Positions 60,922-64,000 of a stretch of 64,000 nt of DNA are shown piece by piece (position 1 is the stretch's first letter; the number at the start of each line of letters is the position of its first letter). Under the pieces are notes generated by a model. It saw only the letters and a list, made by a program, of their open reading frames with translations, searched no databases and was not told the origin of the DNA. Location: sequence record ON529860.1; one strand, 5' to 3'. The translations under genes were made by a program, and so were the position numbers.

Positions 60922-61367
60922 GACGGTTCAGGCCCTTTCGGCAGCATCGAGCCCAGGTCGATCAGGGCGTCTCGGGCTTCGACCCCTCGCGCCATTTCGG
61001 CCGTCAAGGCGGCGACCTCGCCCAACTGATGCTGGAGCGCGTTGATCTGCTCGTCGCGGCGGCTGACCATGTTGAACAGGTCGATCACCGTGTCGACCAG
61101 GTCGGGGTAGGTTTCATACAGCAGGTCGTGTTCGGCGTCGTCCTGCCGGGCGTCGCCGTTCTCGATGACGTCGGCCAGCAGCAGGACCTTGACCCAGTCG
61201 TCACCCTTCATTTCCTGCACCTGCGTGCGGGCGTTCGGGCTCAGCCAGGGGCCGTCGCGCAGCAGGGCGCCGACCAGCAGGCTCTGCACCCGGTTGTCGC
61301 GCGCGCTCGCCGTCCACTCGCGACCGCCCATGGAGGGCTCGTGGCTCAGGTCGATGGTGTGATTCAT
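60918..61367 (-). CDS. hypothetical protein (149 aa)
   Basis: SD GGAG; coiled-coil C-terminus. Confidence 0.7.
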   Translation of the reverse strand: MNHTIDLSHEPSMGGREWTASARDNRVQSLLVGALLRDGPWLSPNARTQVQEMKGDDWVKVLLLADVIENGDARQDDAEHDLLYETYPDLVDTVIDLFNMVSRRDEQINALQHQLGEVAALTAEMARGVEARDALIDLGSMLPKGPEPS

Positions 61368-61368
61368 A

Positions 61369-61635
61369 TCAGTCTACTCCGTAGGTGCCGGGTTCGTGGA
61401 TGTGCATCTCGCATCCATGCAGACCCACGATTCGCTGCGCCGCTTCAAGTGGCATGCCGGCGTTTTCCACACAATAACCCAGCAGACGCCCCACCAGGTC
61501 CTGCAAATCGGTGATGTCGGCCGCCATCCGATCGAGCGTGTCGCTTCGGTCGTTCGGGTCCGGCGTCAGCGCGTCGTCCACCGCCATCACCTGGGGCGCG
61601 CGGCCGGACCATTTGCGGGTGACGACGACCTTCAT
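61369..61635 (-). CDS. hypothetical protein
   Basis: start moved to MKVVVTRK (ATGA overlap). Confidence 0.65.
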   Translation of the reverse strand: MKVVVTRKWSGRAPQVMAVDDALTPDPNDRSDTLDRMAADITDLQDLVGRLLGYCVENAGMPLEAAQRIVGLHGCEMHIHEPGTYGVD

Positions 61636-61928
61636 CGGGCGGCCCCCTCGGCGCGGCGCAGCAGGGCGATGACCTCGTCCTGGGTGCGGGCCTCGTCGTT
61701 CAGCCAATCCGTCAGCGACCACACCTCCAGAATGTATCCCAGAAACCAGACGGCTTCCTGGTAGAGGCCTGAGATGCTCTGTTCATCCGTCTGAACAGGG
61801 TAGTGTTGCCGCGCCGCGCGATAGACGGCGGCGTGCAGGCTAAGCCCCGCGCCATCCGGGGCGAACCGGGGCGGCTTCCAGACAGACGCCGTGAGCATGT
61901 TGGCGGCCAGATCGTACACGCTATGCAC
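61632..61928 (-). CDS. DUF6197-like phage protein
   Basis: LSLHAAV...[20 protein letters not shown]. Confidence 0.7.
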   Translation of the reverse strand: MHSVYDLAANMLTASVWKPPRFAPDGAGLSLHAAVYRAARQHYPVQTDEQSISGLYQEAVWFLGYILEVWSLTDWLNDEARTQDEVIALLRRAEGAAR

Positions 61929-62868
61929 AGGACGTTTCCTTCAAGCCCGCCAGCGCCTCCGGCTCCAGGAACATGCCGCACGACGCCTTCACGTCCAGCC
62001 CCACACGGGGCACGATGCGCGATTTCGGCGCGTCGAAGGCCGTCGCCAGCTTGGCGGTCAGGTAGGCCAGGTCGCGCTCGTCGGGCTCGACCCCCTGGGC
62101 GGGACTGTATGGATTGTAGCGCACGCAGTTGAACCGGGTCTTGAGCCCGCGATCCTTCACCGCCTGGATGATCTCGTCGACGGTGTCTTCGTCGTCGTTC
62201 TGGCCCTTGATGAAGGACCAGTGCAGGACGATTTCGCCGGGCTCGCGACCGTAATCCGGGGCCGTGCGTTGGAACTCCGCCAGCATGTCCAGGGCCGTAT
62301 TCGGGTCCATCGCCTTGGGCAGCCAGCGCTTCCGGAACGCGGGGCGCATCGAATAGAGGCTATAGTAGATGTTGAGGCCAGGATGCGACGGCCCCAGCAC
62401 ATCTACCAGCGAGCGCCCCTCCAGGTCGCGAGGCATGATGGTGCTGTAGTTCAACTGCGCGCGCGGCACGCCGGCGAACAACGCCTCCTCGCGCAGCGCC
62501 TTGAACAGCGCCCGATGCCCGCCGTTGAGGATGTCAGGGTTGGCGAAGGGCTCGCCCCGCGCCATGAAATTGAAGTTGACGAATTGGGGCTCGTCGTCGA
62601 CCGCTCGCTCGACCTTGTAGCGCGCCAACACCTGTCGCGCCTGGTCCAGATAGTCCCCATGGCGCGCGGGCGTCATCATGGTCTGACCAGTCTGGGTCAG
62701 GTGACACATCCGGCAGGCCTTGTCACAGCCGGAATGGCTGGACAGGTAGACGATGAAGTAGGCGTCGGCGCGGCGCACGAAGCGGCACTCGAAGGCGCCC
62801 CCGTCCTCGGTTTTGAGGACGTGGTTGACCGAGGCGTCCTGGGTCGAGACGAGAGTCTCGTAGGTCAC
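61921..62868 (-). CDS. divergent RlmN/Cfr-like radical SAM enzyme
   Basis: [14 protein letters not shown] (CxxxCxxC), MARGEP, SLYS, W.FIKGQND, RYNP, ASCG C-terminal Cys. Confidence 0.85.
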   Translation of the reverse strand: MTYETLVSTQDASVNHVLKTEDGGAFECRFVRRADAYFIVYLSSHSGCDKACRMCHLTQTGQTMMTPARHGDYLDQARQVLARYKVERAVDDEPQFVNFNFMARGEPFANPDILNGGHRALFKALREEALFAGVPRAQLNYSTIMPRDLEGRSLVDVLGPSHPGLNIYYSLYSMRPAFRKRWLPKAMDPNTALDMLAEFQRTAPDYGREPGEIVLHWSFIKGQNDDEDTVDEIIQAVKDRGLKTRFNCVRYNPYSPAQGVEPDERDLAYLTAKLATAFDAPKSRIVPRVGLDVKASCGMFLEPEALAGLKETSCA

Positions 62869-63194
62869 GACTGGCCCATCCGATCCACGCCTGTCACGCG
62901 ATAAGCCTGGGCCACGATCCGCGAGCCCTTCGGCGGGGTCGCGGGGGCTGAGGCCGTCAGGCTGCTGCGGTTCAAGGCGTCAATGAAGGCCTCGACCTCC
63001 TCCGCCGGCATCTCCACCAGGACTTCGCGCATCTCCTGGAAGCGCAGCTTCACGGTCGGGATGTTGCTGTTGGGGCAGACCTGTTGCAGGCGCGTATCGC
63101 CGGCGGCGTCCGTTCCGCGACAGTGGATGCAGATTTCGTCATACAGGGACGAATCCGAGAAGCGGGTCTCGTGCCCCAGGCTCTCAAACGACAT
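62865..63194 (-). CDS. hypothetical protein with Cys motif
   Basis: [17 protein letters not shown]...L.Q.CP. Confidence 0.7.
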   Translation of the reverse strand: MSFESLGHETRFSDSSLYDEICIHCRGTDAAGDTRLQQVCPNSNIPTVKLRFQEMREVLVEMPAEEVEAFIDALNRSSLTASAPATPPKGSRIVAQAYRVTGVDRMGQS

Positions 63195-63402
63195 TACGGA
63201 CCTCCGTCAGAGCCGCCCATTCGGCGGACAGCAGCGCGCCCTGGGCGGGCGTCGCCTCGATGCAGTCGGCCATCGCGCCTTCACCCACAACGCAACCGAT
63301 TTCGCGGGCGTAGGCGGCGAAAGCGGACATGATCGACTGGGCGGCGATCTCCTGGGCGAGCAGGGCGTTCAGATCGACCGGCCGGATGGTCCCCGTGGTC
63401 AT
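63184..63402 (-). CDS. hypothetical protein (72 aa)
   Basis: packed run. Confidence 0.65.
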   Translation of the reverse strand: MTTGTIRPVDLNALLAQEIAAQSIMSAFAAYAREIGCVVGEGAMADCIEATPAQGALLSAEWAALTEVRNVV

Positions 63403-63761
63403 GCTCGCGCGATCCGGTTCAACATCCGCTGCTTGTCCCAGCGCCCGACGTTGTAATAGACGCGGACGGGCGCGCCTTCATACTGCCAGCGGGGCGGGCG
63501 CGAGGAGGTGGTGCGGCGATCGGATTCGCCGAGATAGGCGACCTCGACCGCCCACTCCTCGGCGCACCACTTCGTCTTGGACTTGCCGTTGGAATCGGTG
63601 GTGGTGCCGCAGGTCCGGCGGGGACGGTGGTCGATGTCGGTGATGCGGCCCTGGGCGACCTGGGTCGGCGTGCCCGCGTAGTTGCCGATCATATAGCTGA
63701 CGCCGCCCACCAGCAGGAGGACGATGGAGACGCCGATGGCGATGAGACCCTTGTCGGTCAT
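63399..63761 (-). CDS. membrane-anchored OB-fold-like protein
   Basis: N-terminal TM, Cys pair, beta-rich. Confidence 0.7.
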   Translation of the reverse strand: MTDKGLIAIGVSIVLLLVGGVSYMIGNYAGTPTQVAQGRITDIDHRPRRTCGTTTDSNGKSKTKWCAEEWAVEVAYLGESDRRTTSSRPPRWQYEGAPVRVYYNVGRWDKQRMLNRIARA

Positions 63762-63762
63762 G

Positions 63763-63966
63763 TCAGGTTTCCTCCGGAAATTCGTTGTGCAGGCTGAGCG
63801 CCAGGCGGATCACCGCGTCTTTGGACATGGCGCGCAGTTCGGCGTAGGTCGGCGGCGCCTTGTCCAGCGCCCGACACATGGACTGGATGTTCATCTCGGC
63901 CACGGAACGGTTGCGCTTCTCGTAGTAGCGGTAACTGACCGAAGAGACAGAGGTCACGATCGCCAT
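63763..63966 (-). CDS. hypothetical protein at window edge
   Basis: start moved to MAIVTSVS; start uncertain. Confidence 0.55.
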   Translation of the reverse strand: MAIVTSVSSVSYRYYEKRNRSVAEMNIQSMCRALDKAPPTYAELRAMSKDAVIRLALSLHNEFPEET

Positions 63967-64000
63967 CAGTCTGGCCGTCCGTGCGCAGCATTCCACGTCG

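Noticed and set aside
1-64000. tRNA/rRNA genes, integrase, transposase, capsid/terminase/portal genes
   Set aside because: No cloverleaf with GTTCRA T-loop in any intergenic gap examined and no matching protein motifs; these may lie outside the window

Overview
A 64-kb slice of a GC-rich (roughly two-thirds G+C by eye) large phage genome. It most likely infects a stalked alphaproteobacterium (Caulobacter/Brevundimonas group); this is inferred from the holdfast-anchor-like operon and the gene layout. About 135 mostly small, overlapping genes run on the minus strand and look like an early/accessory region. They are driven by at least 17 copies of a conserved promoter (TTGACA-N~9-(C)ATTCCTTTAC on the minus strand), usually followed by a short leader containing GACGAC and an SD. 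Recognisable products: HNH nuclease, HTH-ParB/DGQHR protein, CYTH enzyme, XRE and RHH regulators, CoaD, Pth2-type peptidyl-tRNA hydrolase, Thg1-like guanylyltransferase, CCA-adding enzyme, a divergent RlmN-like radical SAM enzyme, and a three-gene hfaA-like/hfaB(CsgG)/hfaD-like operon. A plus-strand fibre/structural island lies at 9.3-13.8 kb. The 20-23.7 kb region carries unusual non-coding DNA: a nested palindrome/repeat array next to an HTH gene, and two promoter- and terminator-bounded candidate structured RNAs (about 465 and 245 nt). I found no tRNA, rRNA, CRISPR array, integrase or transposase. All family assignments come from motif recognition by eye, not from database searches, and many start codons were moved from the ORF track to fit SD sites and stop/start overlaps.
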